Of a stretch of DNA of 64,000 bases, positions 31,333 through 42,516 are shown in pieces. The DNA lies in assembly GCA_963742735.1 (NCBI GenBank), contig CAVUMN010000003.1, forward strand, positions 1-64,000, in the 5' to 3' direction. The notes beneath the pieces were generated by a model. The model did not search any database and was not told where the DNA came from. It was given only the letters and a program-made list of their open reading frames with translations. Numbering within the stretch: position 1 is the stretch's first letter; every line of letters starts with the position of its first letter. Source of the stretch: an uncultured Actinomycetes bacterium (GTDB lineage Bacteria; Actinomycetota; UBA4738; JBBDTT01). Position numbers and translations under genes: made by a program.

Positions 31333-32133
31333 CTACAGCAGCGCGGCGAGCTCGGTCGCGGCGTACGCGGCCGCGATGGCGCCCAGGACGAGCGCGACGC
31401 CCCGGCGCAGCGTGCGCTCGGTGGCCCGCACGGTCAGCGCCGAGCCGAAGGTCGCTCCCGGGATGACCCCCGCCGCCAGCGGCAGGGCGTAGGACCAGTC
31501 GATCCCGCCGAGCAGCGCGTGCGTGATCGTGCCGGGGATCGCCAGCAGGCCCACGCACGCCAGGGACGTTCCGATCGCCTCCTTGATCGGGTAGCGAAGC
31601 CACGTCACGAACGCCGGGACCATCACGATCCCGCCTCCGATCCCCAGCAGCCCCGACAGCAGCCCGGCCACCGCCCCGGTCACGGCGAGCCGGAAGGGCG
31701 AGGCTCGGTCGGGGCCGCGGCCCCCCGCCGGCGCCGCCGAGGGCTCCAGGGGCTCGGCGGCCCTGGGCGTGGCCGCCACCCGGGCGGCGGTGAACGCCAT
31801 CAGCGCCGCCGTCGCGAGCATCAGCAGGTGGCCCTCGCCCGGGACCCGGCGAGCCAGCGCCGCGCCCAGGATCGCAGCCGTCACCCCCGTCCCGCCCGTC
31901 CACGCCACCGCGTCCCACCGGACCAGCCCCTCGCGCCGATAGCGGAGGGTCCCGGTGATCGCGCTGGGCAGGATCGCGGGCAGGGTCGTCCCCACCGCCT
32001 CGAGCGCCCCCGCGCCCAGCGCGCGGATGGCCGGGGTGGTGACCACCGCGCCGCCAACGCCGAACGAGGCCGACAGGACGCCGCTGGCCAGCCCGGCCAG
32101 GACGGTGAGGGCGATCCGAAGGATGTCGGGCAC
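31333..32133 (-). CDS. TauE/SafE (TSUP) family transporter
   Basis: Two repeats: SASFGVGGAVVTTP / SGLLGIGGGIVMVP, AIGTSL. Confidence 0.88.
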   Translation of the reverse strand: MPDILRIALTVLAGLASGVLSASFGVGGAVVTTPAIRALGAGALEAVGTTLPAILPSAITGTLRYRREGLVRWDAVAWTGGTGVTAAILGAALARRVPGEGHLLMLATAALMAFTAARVAATPRAAEPLEPSAAPAGGRGPDRASPFRLAVTGAVAGLLSGLLGIGGGIVMVPAFVTWLRYPIKEAIGTSLACVGLLAIPGTITHALLGGIDWSYALPLAAGVIPGATFGSALTVRATERTLRRGVALVLGAIAAAYAATELAALL

Positions 32134-32177
32134 GCGCGCAAGGGTAGGTCAGCGCGGCGCCCGCGCGGGCGCTCCGG

Positions 32178-33083
32178 TCAGGAGGCCAGGACGGGGAGCC
32201 AGCCGGGGAGCTCGGGGGCGCGGTCGGTCGGCGCCCCCGCGCGCGTCGTCGCGGCCAGCTGGTGATCGGCGCCGGCCGAGGCCGCCGACGACTCGGCCGG
32301 GAGCACGAATCGAACCCCGGTCGAGCCGACCCGGGTGGCGTGCACGGAGCCGGCCCCGTCCACCCCGGAGAGCTTCGCCATCAGGTGCCCGCGCTCGTAC
32401 ACGATCCGGGCCACGACGTCGGCGCCGTCGATCGCCCCGTCGGTGTTGACGTCGAACAGGACGGAGAGCCGGTACGGGGTGCCGGGCCGCAGGGCCAAGG
32501 TCGCCCAGCGGTCCCAGGTGAGGACGGTGACCACCAGGTCGCCCGCCCCGTTCCGGTTGGCCGCCAGCGAGCGGACGTCGAGCTGGCCCCGTACGTCGTC
32601 TCGGTCGGTGACCACGGTGCGGCCCTCGGGGACCACGACGAGGGTGGCCTCCATCGAGGTGATGGGATTGTTCGAGGTCTCTCCGCCGTGGACGGTGCAC
32701 ACGTAGGGGAACACGCCGGGCACGGCGAACGACGCGCGGAACGGGAACCCGTCGGCGCGGTGGGTCCCCGAGGCGAACAACGGCTTGCCGCGGAACGTCG
32801 CGATCGAGGTCGCGTCGTGCCCGGGGCACGACAGTGGGCTGCCCGGGATCTGGAAGTAGAGAGACTCGCAGTTCGGCATGGGGTCGAGCGGGTCCTCGTC
32901 GTCGTAGTGCCACTCGACGATCCGACCGCGGTTCACGACCAGCCGCTCGGGCAGGAACTCGAAGTCCTTCATGCTCACCACGGCGGGGGCCGGGGCCGAG
33001 GACGCCGCATGGGCCGGGGGCGCGAGCGGGACCCACACGCAGAGCGCGAGTAGAAGCGCGAGCGACCGGCGGACGGACGTCAC
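32178..33083 (-). CDS. Secreted cupredoxin-domain protein with extra C-terminal beta domain
   Basis: Signal peptide; FEFLPERLVV, GHDAT, PGVFPYVCTVH...SMEATLVV give a type-1 Cu H/C/H/M set; TACGAT 6 nt before GTG. Confidence 0.78.
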   Translation of the reverse strand: MTSVRRSLALLLALCVWVPLAPPAHAASSAPAPAVVSMKDFEFLPERLVVNRGRIVEWHYDDEDPLDPMPNCESLYFQIPGSPLSCPGHDATSIATFRGKPLFASGTHRADGFPFRASFAVPGVFPYVCTVHGGETSNNPITSMEATLVVVPEGRTVVTDRDDVRGQLDVRSLAANRNGAGDLVVTVLTWDRWATLALRPGTPYRLSVLFDVNTDGAIDGADVVARIVYERGHLMAKLSGVDGAGSVHATRVGSTGVRFVLPAESSAASAGADHQLAATTRAGAPTDRAPELPGWLPVLAS

Positions 33084-33142
33084 CGATGCATCGTACGTCC
33101 GCCCGTCGGTCCAAGGGAGCGCCGGCTCGGGGGTATGCCGTA

Positions 33143-33604
33143 CTACTTCTGTTGCTCGACCTCGCCGCGCCACGCTCCGGTCTCGGAGCCGCGCTCCTCG
33201 ATGAAGGTCTTGAAGCGCTCCAGGTCACCCTGGATGCGAGCGCCGACCACGCCGAGCTTCTCCGCGGCGTTCTCGGCGAACCCCTCCGGGTCGAACTCCA
33301 TCTGGAGCATCACCCGGGTGCGGTTGGGATCGAGCTTGTGGAAGGTCACGACCCCGGCGTTGGTGGCGCCCTCCGTGCTGCGCCACGCGACGCGCTCGTC
33401 GGGGTGCTGCTCGGTGATCTTGGCGGTCCACTCGCGCTCCTGGCCGGCGATCTCCGCCTTCCACCGCAGCGTCGTGTCGTCGAGCTGCTGGACCTGCTCG
33501 ACGCCCTCCATGAACTTCGGGAACTCCTCGAACTGCGTCCACTGGTTGTAGACCGTGCGTATGGGCTGGTCGACCTCGATCGACTTCTCGTAGGTCTTGG
33601 TCAT
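33143..33604 (-). CDS. SRPBCC/polyketide cyclase family protein
   Basis: VYNQWTQFEEFPKFMEGV, PDERVAWRS, GDLERFKTFIE, GAWRG. Confidence 0.92.
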   Translation of the reverse strand: MTKTYEKSIEVDQPIRTVYNQWTQFEEFPKFMEGVEQVQQLDDTTLRWKAEIAGQEREWTAKITEQHPDERVAWRSTEGATNAGVVTFHKLDPNRTRVMLQMEFDPEGFAENAAEKLGVVGARIQGDLERFKTFIEERGSETGAWRGEVEQQK

Positions 33605-33691
33605 GGCGAGGCTCCTCCTCCGTCATTGGATGTGGGGCGTCCTCACCACCATTCCTACCCAGGGAGCGTGCTGGCGAATCGGTCGACCCCG

Positions 33692-34537
33692 TCAACTCAG
33701 GTCGATCTCGAGCCCCTCGTAGGCGAGCACGGGGGGCGAGCCCTCCTCGCCCCACAGCTCCTCGGCCCGGCCCAGGATGCGCTCGAGCTGGTCGTCGTTG
33801 TGCAGCGGGTCGTGGTGGAACATCACCAGGTGCTCCACCTTGGAGATCGAGGCGAAGGACACGACGTGGTCGGTGCTGGAGTGACCCCAGCCGACCTTCT
33901 CGGGGTACTCCTCCTCGCTGTACTGGGCGTCGTGGAGCAGGTAGTCGGCGCCGAGGGCGATCGAGTACCCCGAGACCCAGTCCGGCGACACGGTGCGCAG
34001 GTCGACCCCCAGCGCCGGCTCGTGGTCGGGGATGTAGGCGAGCACCCGGTCGTTCTCCTCGATGCGGTAGCCCACCGAGGGGCCCGGATGCGAGACCGGC
34101 TGGGCCATCACCCGGGCGCTGCCGATCTCCCATTCCTCGTCCGGCACGTTGTGGAAGGTCGGGTTCGACGGGATGTCGGCCAGGTGGATCGGGAACAGCG
34201 GGGGCGACAGGTAGCGGGCGATCCTCTCCTCCAGGCTGCGCAGCGGCGAGGGCGGGCCCCACACGTGGAGCTCGACGTCGGGGCTCCACAACGGCGAGAA
34301 GAACCCGAGGCCCTCCAGGTGGTCCAGGTGCAGGTGCGAGAGCAGCAGGTGGATCACCTTCGGACGGTCGCTGCCGAGCGAGAGCCCGAACGGGCGGATA
34401 CCCGTCCCGGCGTCGAGGATGATCAGCGAGCCGTCGGCTAGCCGCAGCTCGACGCACGAGGTGTTTCCCCCGTACCTGACCGTCTCCGGTCCCGGCGCCG
34501 CGAGTGAGCCGCGGCAGCCCCAGATCTTCGCTCGCAC
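33692..34537 (-). CDS. MBL-fold metallohydrolase (putative phosphodiesterase)
   Basis: WGCRGSL...YGGNTSCVE, DAGTG, HLHLDH, WGHS, FHHDP. Confidence 0.9.
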   Translation of the reverse strand: MRAKIWGCRGSLAAPGPETVRYGGNTSCVELRLADGSLIILDAGTGIRPFGLSLGSDRPKVIHLLLSHLHLDHLEGLGFFSPLWSPDVELHVWGPPSPLRSLEERIARYLSPPLFPIHLADIPSNPTFHNVPDEEWEIGSARVMAQPVSHPGPSVGYRIEENDRVLAYIPDHEPALGVDLRTVSPDWVSGYSIALGADYLLHDAQYSEEEYPEKVGWGHSSTDHVVSFASISKVEHLVMFHHDPLHNDDQLERILGRAEELWGEEGSPPVLAYEGLEIDLS

Positions 34538-34546
34538 CCGTTCCTC

Positions 34547-34963
34547 CTAGGGACTGCCGTCCCGTTCGTCCTCCCAGAACACCGCGACCGCGCCCACGAA
34601 CTCCTGCTCGCGGGCGAACAGCGGGAACGCGGTGACCGACAACAGCCGCTCCGTGCCGTCGAAGCTCGTGATGAAGAAGCGGGCATGCGCGGGCTGGTGC
34701 TTCAGCAGCGCCCACGAGAGGGGCAGCTCGTCGAGGCCCATCGGGGAGCCGTCCGCGTTGCGCGGGGCGAAGTCGGTCCCCCACTGCTCGCGGGAGAGCT
34801 CGCCCGTCTCGGCGAACGAGCTCCCCAGGATGGCCTCCGCCGGCTCGTTGAAGTACACGAGCGTCCCCTCGGGGTCCACGATGAACATGGCCGTCGCGAG
34901 CTTCGATGCCAGCTCGCGGGCCAGGATCAACACGATGCTCTTCTGGGGCGTCGGAGAGGCCAT
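34547..34963 (-). CDS. Stand-alone PAS domain protein
   Basis: MFIVDPEGTLVYFNEPAEAILG...VTAFPL...GAVAVFW. Confidence 0.85.
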   Translation of the reverse strand: MASPTPQKSIVLILARELASKLATAMFIVDPEGTLVYFNEPAEAILGSSFAETGELSREQWGTDFAPRNADGSPMGLDELPLSWALLKHQPAHARFFITSFDGTERLLSVTAFPLFAREQEFVGAVAVFWEDERDGSP

Positions 34964-35068
34964 GGACTGCCCAGGGTATCCGTCGGATGGGGGACCCCAC
35001 AAGACGCGCCAACTGTGACGCGCGACACATCTCCCGGCATCCCCAGGACGGTGGTTCAATGGATCGAC

Positions 35069-37045
35069 GTGAGCGTCGAGACTCAGCTGGACGACCATCT
35101 GCGCGCGGGCCGGGAGGCTCTTGCCCGCCATGCCTGGGGTGAGGCGTTCGAGCACCTCCAGGCGGCCGATCAGGCCGGCGACCTGGACGCCGACGGCCTG
35201 AAGGACCTGGGGTGGGCCGCGTGGTGGTCGGGCCACTCGGACGAATGCGTGGCCGCCCGGTCCCGCGCCATCGCCGCGTACGTGGCCGAGGGCCGCCCGG
35301 AGGATGCCGCGCGAGTCGGCCTCGACCTGACCATGGTGCTCTCCAACCGCGGCGAGAGCGCCGCCGCGAACGGCCGGCTGACCCAGGTCAAACGGCTCCT
35401 CGAGGGCCGGCCCGAGTCCCCGGAACACTCCTACCTCGAGTCGGTCTTGGCGGTGTACGCGCAGTACGGCGGCCAGGGTCCGGAGGCGGCTCTCGAGCAC
35501 GCGGAACGATCCGTGGCCATCGCGGAGCGATCCGGGGTCCGGGAGCAAGTGGCCGTCGCGCTGAACCGCTACGGAGCGATCAAGGTGTGGGCCGGCCACG
35601 TCGAGGAGGGCCTCGCGCTGCTCGACGAGTCGATGGTCGCCGCCGTCGAGGGCGACCTGGACCCGTTCGTCACCGGGGTCATCTACTGCAACATGATCTC
35701 GGCCTGCTCAGAGCTGGCCGACTACCGGCGGGCCGGCGAGTGGACCGAGGCCGCGCGGCGGTGGTGCGAACGGCAGTCCATCAACGGGTTCCCCGGGATC
35801 TGCCGGGTCCACCGGGCCGAGATCATGCGCCTGCGCGGCGCCTGGAAGGACGCGGAGGTCGAGGCGCGCCGCGCGGCCGACGAGCTCGGCGGACACGGCA
35901 TCCTGAGCATCGCCTCCGCGGGCCTGTACGAGGTGGGTGAGATCCGCCTTCGGATGGGCGACCTGGCGGGCGCCAAGGAGGCGTTCCGCCAGGCGCACGA
36001 GTTCGGCCGCGACCCTCAACCCGGCCTGGCCTACGTGTGGCTGGCGGAGGGACGGCTCGACGCCGCCGCGGCGGCGATCAACGCGGCGCTGACGGGAAAC
36101 TCTGTAGACCGGCTGCACCGGGCCCGGCTGCTTCCCGCCCGGGTCGAGATGGCCGTTCGCACGGGAGACCTGGAGTCGGCCCGGGCCGCCGCCGAGGAGC
36201 TCGACGCGATCGCCGAGGCCTACGGATCGCAGGCCCTGATGGCAAGCGCCGCGTCGTGCCGGGCCAGCGTGCGCATGCTCGAGGGCGACGTCGAGGCGGC
36301 GATCGGCGACGCGCGAGCCGCGTACCGCTTATGGCATGAGGTTGAGGCTCCATTCGAGGCATCGCGGGTCCGGGTGCTGCTCGCGGAGATCCACTCCCGC
36401 GCGGGCGACCAGGACTCCGCGCTCCTGGAGCTCCAGGCCGCCCGGGCTACGTTCGAGGAGCTGGGGGCGATCCCCGACGCGCGGGCCGCCGCCGAGGCCA
36501 TGGAGGCCCTCGAGTCGAGCGGCGCCGGGGAGTCGAAGGACACGCGCGAGGTCCGCACCTTTATGTTCACCGACATCGTCGGGTCCACGAACCTCCTCGA
36601 GGTCCTCGGCGACGAGTCGTGGACCGGGGTGCTCCGATGGCACGACGCCGCCTTGCGGGCGCTGTTCGCGGACCATCGGGGCGAGGAGATCGACCACACC
36701 GGCGACGGGTTCTTCGTCGCGTTCCCCGACGCCGCCCACGCCGTGGCCTGCGCGGTCGCGATCCAGCGCGGCTGGCCGAGCAACGGCGCGACCACGGTTT
36801 CGCGCCGCAGGTCCGGATCGGCCTGCACGCCGCCGAGGCGACCCGCCAGGCCGGCTCGTACCGCGGAAAGGCGGTGCACGAGGCGGCGCGCATCGGGGCG
36901 CTGGCCACGGCCGGGGAGATCCTCGCCAGCGTGAACACCGCCCGCGACGCCGGGGACGCCGCTTCGTACGGGGAGCCCCGTTCGGTCGCGCTTAAGGGGT
37001 TGGAGGCCCCGGTCGGACGTAGTCTCCATCCAGTGGCAGAGCTAG
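35069..37045 (+). CDS. TPR (MalT-like) sensor fused to class III adenylate/guanylate cyclase; apparent frameshifts near 36769 and 37015
   Basis: Helical repeats, then TFMFTDIVGST, TGDGFFVAF; next frame VRIGLH, GKAVHEAARI, GEILAS, LKGL; corrected end VDVVSIQWQS*. Confidence 0.85.
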
Positions 37046-38227
37046 CCGCGGTCGCCTCGCCCGACGTCTGGGAGCGCATCCAGGACCTGCCGCGCCGATT
37101 CCGCCCGCAGGCCGCCGCCGGGCTCACCGCCGAGTACCTGCTTCGGGTCGACGGCGCCGACTTCACGGTGACCGTCGTCGACGGCGCGTGCTACGTGCGG
37201 CAGGGCCCGAGCCTGTCGCCGCAGGCCCGCATCGGGACGGACGCCGACACGTGGCTGGCCCTGGACGACGGACGGCTGACGGGCGCCGATGCGTTCCTGT
37301 CCGGCAAGCTCGCCGCGCGGGGCAACCTGGACCTGGCGGTCAGGCTCCAGACGATGTTCGAGCCCCACGCGCGGCCGCGGCGCCCATCCGACATCGAGCA
37401 GACCGACGTTCGGGTCAACGGCATCTCGCTGTCGACCTATGCGTTCGGCGAGGGGTCGCCGGTCTACCTGCTCCACGGCCTCGGCGGAACGAAGGTCTCC
37501 TGGATGCCGCTCCTGGAGCCGCTGGGGGAGCACTACCGGGTGATCGTCCCCGACCTCCCCGGCCACGGGGACTCGGACAAACCGAGGGCCGACTACAGCC
37601 CCCACTATTACGCCGACGTCGTCCGCAAGCTGATGGACGTGCTCGGTACCGGCCCGGCGGCGCTGCTCGGGAACTCGCTCGGGGGACGGATCGCTCTGGA
37701 GATGGCGGTGCGCTACCCGAAGCGGGTCAAGGCCCTCGCGCTGCTGGGGGCGGCCGTGCCCGGCCTGCGGTGGCGGTACCTGGTGGGCTTCACCCGCGTC
37801 GCGCCGACCGAGATCGCCGGTCTGCCGTTTCCCATGCGCGAGCGGTGGATGCAGCTGTCGATCCGGCGGTTGTTCGCCCGGCCCGAGCGGCTTCCCGCCG
37901 AACGCGTACGAGGCCGGCGCCGACGAGTTCATGCGCGTCTACCGGGAGGGACGGGCGCGGATCGCGTTCTGGGGCTCGCTGCAGAAGATCGTCATGGAGC
38001 GGCCCGACGAGTTCTTGCCGCGGCTGCGACGGGTGCAGGCCCCGGCGTTGATCCTGCACGGCGACCGCGACCGGCTGGTGCCGATCCGGCTCGGGAACCG
38101 GCTGGCCGAGGCGCTGCCCACCGCGGAGTACCGAGTGCTGGCCGACGTCGGCCACGTCCCGCAGTTCGAGGCGCCGCAGACGACCCGCGAGGCCGTCCTC
38201 GGGTTCCTGGAGACCGTCGCCGCCTGA
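37033..38227 (+). CDS. SCP2 sterol-binding domain fused to alpha/beta hydrolase; apparent frameshift near 37900
   Basis: AFLSGKLAARGNLDLA (SCP2); LLHGLGG, PDLPGHGDS, GNSLGG, HGDRDRLVP, GHVPQFE. Confidence 0.85.
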
Positions 38228-38235
38228 GGCGCGGA

Positions 38236-40651
38236 TCAGCCCGGCGCGCAGCCGAACTTCGAGAGCGGGCTGCGGCTCATGCGACGGCGGGCGCGTTGGC
38301 CCCGGTCGTGCCCCAGGACTCGTTCGCCGCCGGGCCCATGCTCAGGATCAGCCCGCCGCCGTCGGCGATCGCCGAGTGCGCGAACCACGTGCGCGAGAAC
38401 GCCGCCCCGTCCAGGGTCCCGGACTGCACGTACTTGCCGGCGGGGACACGCCAGGGGCCTTGACGGTGAAGCGCGGCCCGCGGGCAGACGGAGTGCGGGC
38501 TTCGGGGAACACGGGGCTGCCGATCACGTACATCGGCGCGCCCGCGATGGCCGGGTAGAAGCCGAGGGCACTCCACACGTACCACGGCGCTCATCGTCCC
38601 CAGGTCGTCGTTGCCCGGGCAGGCCGTCGGGGGTCGGCCGGTACAGGCCCTGGTAGGCCCGAGCCAGCGCCTGGGTCTTCCACGGCTGCGAGGTCCAGTC
38701 GTAGAGGAAGGGCGCGTGCAGGTCGTGCTCGTTCGAGGGCGCGTACTGGTTGCCGTAGTAGAAGATTCCGAACGCGGTGATCTTCTGCTGGATCTCGGGG
38801 TGACCGACCCAGGGGGACGTCGCGGTGAGGGCCAGTGGAGAAGAAGTCGTCCAGGCGTTCCTCGACGGTCCGACCCGGCCTTTGGGATCGCCGATGGCGG
38901 CGAACAGCCCGGCCACGTCGTGGGGAACCAGCCACGTGTACTGCCAGCCCGTGCCCTCACGGAAGTGGTCGGGAAGCTCGGGGTGATAGTCGGGATCCAG
39001 GACCCGTTCATGCCGTGGCCGGACGAACCGCGTCTGTGGGTCGAAGACGTTGCGCCAGCTCGCGGCCCTGCCAGGAGCGCCGACCGCGGTCCGGGACGCG
39101 GCCGAGATCTTCGGCGACGAGGGCAAGGGCGAAGTCGCCCAGGGCGTGCTCAAGGGTGGAGCTCGCGCCGCTCCCGCTGATGTCGTATGGGACGTACCCG
39201 TACTTCAGGTACGACGGGATCGCGGTGGTCGGGTCAGGGCCAGGCGCACGCCCTCGGCGAACAGCGGCTCGACCGCGCCCTCGGGCACCGAGCCCGCGAC
39301 AGTACGCGTCGGCGAATACCTGCAGCGCCGGCTCGCCGTTCATGAAGTCGGCGTACTCGGTCATCAATCCCCAGCGCGGCAGCCGGCCGCCCCACCGGCG
39401 GATCGCCTCCAGGCTCCACACCATGTCCCGGAACCGGTCCGGCGCCACGAGCATCAGCAGCTGCACCTGGCCGCGGTAGGTGTCCCAGAAGGAGAAGTTC
39501 GCGTAGTGCTCGGTCCCCGCCGGCATGGGATCGCCCGGGGCGCCGATCCGGTGGATCCGGTCGTCGTAGCCCATGTAGCGCCCGTCGGCGTCGGCGAACA
39601 GGTTGGGGTGCTGCAGCACGTGATAGAGGGCCGTGTAGAAGGACGTCTGCTCGAGCGGGGTGCCGCCCTCGACCTGGATCGCCTTCAGCTCGTCGTTCCA
39701 CGCCGCCCGGGTGCGCTCGCGCAGGGCGTCGAACCCGAAGTCGTCGGCCGGCAGCTCGTCCTCGAGGTTCGCCAGCGCGCCGGCCTGGTCGACGAAGGAG
39801 ATCCCGACCTTGATCACCACGTCGCGGTCTCCCGTGGCGTCGAAGCGCACCGCCGCGCCGGCGCCGGTGCCCGTGACCTCCGTCTTCGACCAGTCGACGG
39901 CCGCGCCCCGGGATCCCCACACCCCGAAGCCCTCGATGTCGCGGTCGAAGCGAGCGGCGAAGTGGACCGCGTAGTGGTCCTCGGCGGCGCGATCGGCGTT
40001 CGCCGTTCCGACGATGGTCCGCGAGCCGACCTGTTTCACCGTCGCCTTGTTGGTCCCGTCCGTCCGCTGCGGGCCCTCCGAGCCGCCGGCCACCTGGCGG
40101 CCGACGTCGAGCAGGACGTGGGCCTCGGGAACGGGAGGGAACGTATACCGGTGCATGCCCACGCGCTCGCCCGCGGTGAGCTCCGCGTCGATGCCGTAGC
40201 GGGCCAGGAGCACGCGGTAGTAGCCCGGCTCGGCTTCCTCCAGGGCGTGGGAGAAGGGCGACTGGTACTGCATGACGTCGGTGGACAGCACCGGCCCGGC
40301 GACCGGCATGAACGGAACGTTGCCGCCCTCGGACACGCCCATGCCCTGGACGTGCACGTGGCTGAACCCCCGGATGAACGCGTCCGCCCACTGGTAGCCC
40401 GTGTAGGCGAAGTTGCCCTCGGTGTCGGGCGAGAGCTGGACCATCCCGAACGGCGCCTGCGGTCCGGGGAAGACGAAGCCGGCGCCGAGGGTCCCGATGA
40501 ACGGGTCCACCAGGCCGGCGGGGTCGGCGACCGCCGCGGCGGATCCATCATCGGCCGGGCGGGCGGCGGCAGGGCCGGCGAACGAGGACGCCACCAGGGC
40601 GAGCGCGCACGCCACGACGGCAACGCGAGCGGGGCGGGAGCGGGCGGTCAT
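38236..40651 (-). CDS. Secreted GH92 alpha-mannosidase; multiple frameshifts in the 3' half (error or pseudogene)
   Basis: VDPFIGT, PFGMVQLSPDT, AEPGYY, SFWDTYR, STLE, EGTGWQY, NEHDLHAPFLY, GNDDLGTMSA spread over frames. Confidence 0.85.
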
Positions 40652-40698
40652 CTGAAGAACATGTTCCCCCGAAGGGGCGGCACTTCCTGCCGGGGCGG

Positions 40699-41403
40699 CT
40701 ACTCGACCACGATGCCGAGCGCCTCGGCGAGCATGCCGATCTCGTCCTGGAGCGCGGGCCACACGTTCCGGTTCCGGTCGCGCGCGGCGAGCTCCCGGAA
40801 CATGGCCACGCCCGGCCCGGGGTGCGCGGCGATCTGCTTCGCGAGCTCGACCGCGGCCGGGCGCACCTCCTCGGTCGAGCCGACCAGCCGGTTGAGGATC
40901 CCGGCCCGCGCGGCCTCCTCGGCGCCGATCGGGCGTCCGGTCAGGCCGACGTCGCGGGCCAGGCTCTCGCCCAGGATCGCCCGGAGCAATCCCCACGACG
41001 GCGGGATGCCGAACGTGACCTCGGGCGTGCCGAACACCGTCTCCGGTCCGCCCACGCGGAGGTCGGCCGCCAGCGAGAGATAGAACCCGCCGCCCATCGC
41101 CGCTCCGTGGGCGGCGGCGACCATCGGCTTCGGGTACGTCTGGAGGGTCTCGAACAGCAGGATCGTCGAGTCGTACAGGTCCCGGTGCCGGGTCCCGAAC
41201 TCCGACTTGTCGAACCCGCCGCAGAAGGCCGGTCCCTCCCCGGCCAGGACCACCGCCGCCACGTCCGGGTTGTCCGCCGCCTCCCGCAGCGACTGGACGA
41301 GCTCCAGGCGCAGCGAGATCCGCAGCGCGTTTCGCTTCTCCGGCCGGTTCAGGACGACCAGCCGCACGGGGCCCTCGTCGCGGGTGAACAGCTCCTCGGT
41401 CAC
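40699..41403 (-). CDS. Enoyl-CoA hydratase/isomerase family protein
   Basis: LNRPEKRNAL, AFCGGFD, GAAMGGG, PEVTFG, LTGRPIGAEEA. Confidence 0.9.
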   Translation of the reverse strand: MTEELFTRDEGPVRLVVLNRPEKRNALRISLRLELVQSLREAADNPDVAAVVLAGEGPAFCGGFDKSEFGTRHRDLYDSTILLFETLQTYPKPMVAAAHGAAMGGGFYLSLAADLRVGGPETVFGTPEVTFGIPPSWGLLRAILGESLARDVGLTGRPIGAEEAARAGILNRLVGSTEEVRPAAVELAKQIAAHPGPGVAMFRELAARDRNRNVWPALQDEIGMLAEALGIVVE

Positions 41404-41432
41404 GGCCCGCGCAGCATATCGGGACTCATCCC

Positions 41433-41467
41433 TTGCATAGTCATGCACATTCATGCATACTCATGCG
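41433..41467 (+). promoter_or_regulatory. arg operon promoter overlapped by tandem ARG boxes
   Basis: TTGCAT-17-CATACT; palindromes TGCATAGTCATGCA and TGCATACTCATGCG 20 nt apart; argR is in the operon. Confidence 0.88.
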
Positions 41468-41470
41468 TTC

Positions 41471-42516
41471 GTGGCCACCGAGACGATCCCCGTCGCCGTG
41501 CTCGGCGCCTCCGGCTTCGCCGGGGGGAGCTCATGCGCCTGCTCCTGGGGCACCCCGACCTGGAGCCCGCGTTCCTCGGCGCCCGCAGCGACGCCGGGAA
41601 GACGGTGGGCGAGGTGTTCCCGTACCTGGCGCCGCTCGCCGGCCGGACGTTCGAGCCGGTGGACGCCCTGGACGCCGCGTCCGTCGCTGCGGCCTTCGTC
41701 GCCCTGCCCGCCGGGGGAAGCGCCTCCGTCGTCCCCGGCCTGGTCGAGGCGGGCGTGCGCGTGGTGGACCTCGGTGCCGACTTCCGGCTCGTCGCCGGCG
41801 CGTATCCCGCCTGGTACGGCTTCGAGCACTCGGCCCCGGAGTGGCTCGACAAGGCGGTGTACGGCCTCACCGAGCGGACCCGGGAGTCGGTGGCCGGCGC
41901 CGCGATCGTCGCCAACCCGGGGTGCTACCCGACGCCGGTCGGCCTCGGCCTGGCCCCGCTGTTCGAGGCCGGGCAGCTCGATGCGTCGGGTCCGGTGATC
42001 GTCGACGGCAAGTCCGGGATCTCGGGGGCGGGGAAGGAGCCGACCGCGTCGTCGCACTTCGCGGCGCTCGACGGCTCGGTCCGCGCGTACAAGGTCGGCC
42101 GGCACCAGCACACGCCGGAGATGGAGATGGTCCTGCGCACCGGCGGGGCGACGCCCACCGTCACCTTCGTCCCGCACCTGGTGCCCACCGTCCGCGGCGT
42201 GGTCACGACCTGCTACGCGCGGCTCGCCGCCGGCGCGACCGCGGAGGACCTGCGGGCGACGCTGACGGCGGCCTACGCGGGGGAGCCGTTCGTGCGCGTC
42301 CTCGCGGACGGAGAGACCCCCGACCCGAAGCGTCTGACCGGGAGCAACGGGTGCGAGCTCTCCGCGCACGCCGACGCCCACGCCGGGACCGCGGTGGTGA
42401 TCGGGGCGGTCGACAACCTGGGCAAGGGTGCGGCCGGCCAGGCCATCCAGAACCTGAACCTGATGCTGGGGCTCACGGAGACGGCCGGGCTCACCGCGGT
42501 GGGGGTGTACCCGTGA
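41471..42516 (+). CDS. argC: N-acetyl-gamma-glutamyl-phosphate reductase; one base missing in the G-run at 41522-41528
   Basis: VAVLGASGFAGGELMRLL after correction; DLGADFRL, ANPGCYPT, SGISGAG, HQHTPE, DNLGKGAAGQA. Confidence 0.95.

Noticed and set aside
23786-33100. Possible tRNA-anchored genomic island
   Set aside because: No integrase, no duplicated tRNA 3' end noticed, and codon usage matches the flanks
36619-38463. 614-aa cyclase-SCP2-hydrolase fusion
   Set aside because: Removing one G near 37015 ends the cyclase naturally at 37045, and the hydrolase starts at GTG 37033
41433-41467. 10-bp periodic TCATGC repeat as a novel tandem repeat or mini-CRISPR
   Set aside because: Explained as tandem ARG boxes; no spacers or cas genes
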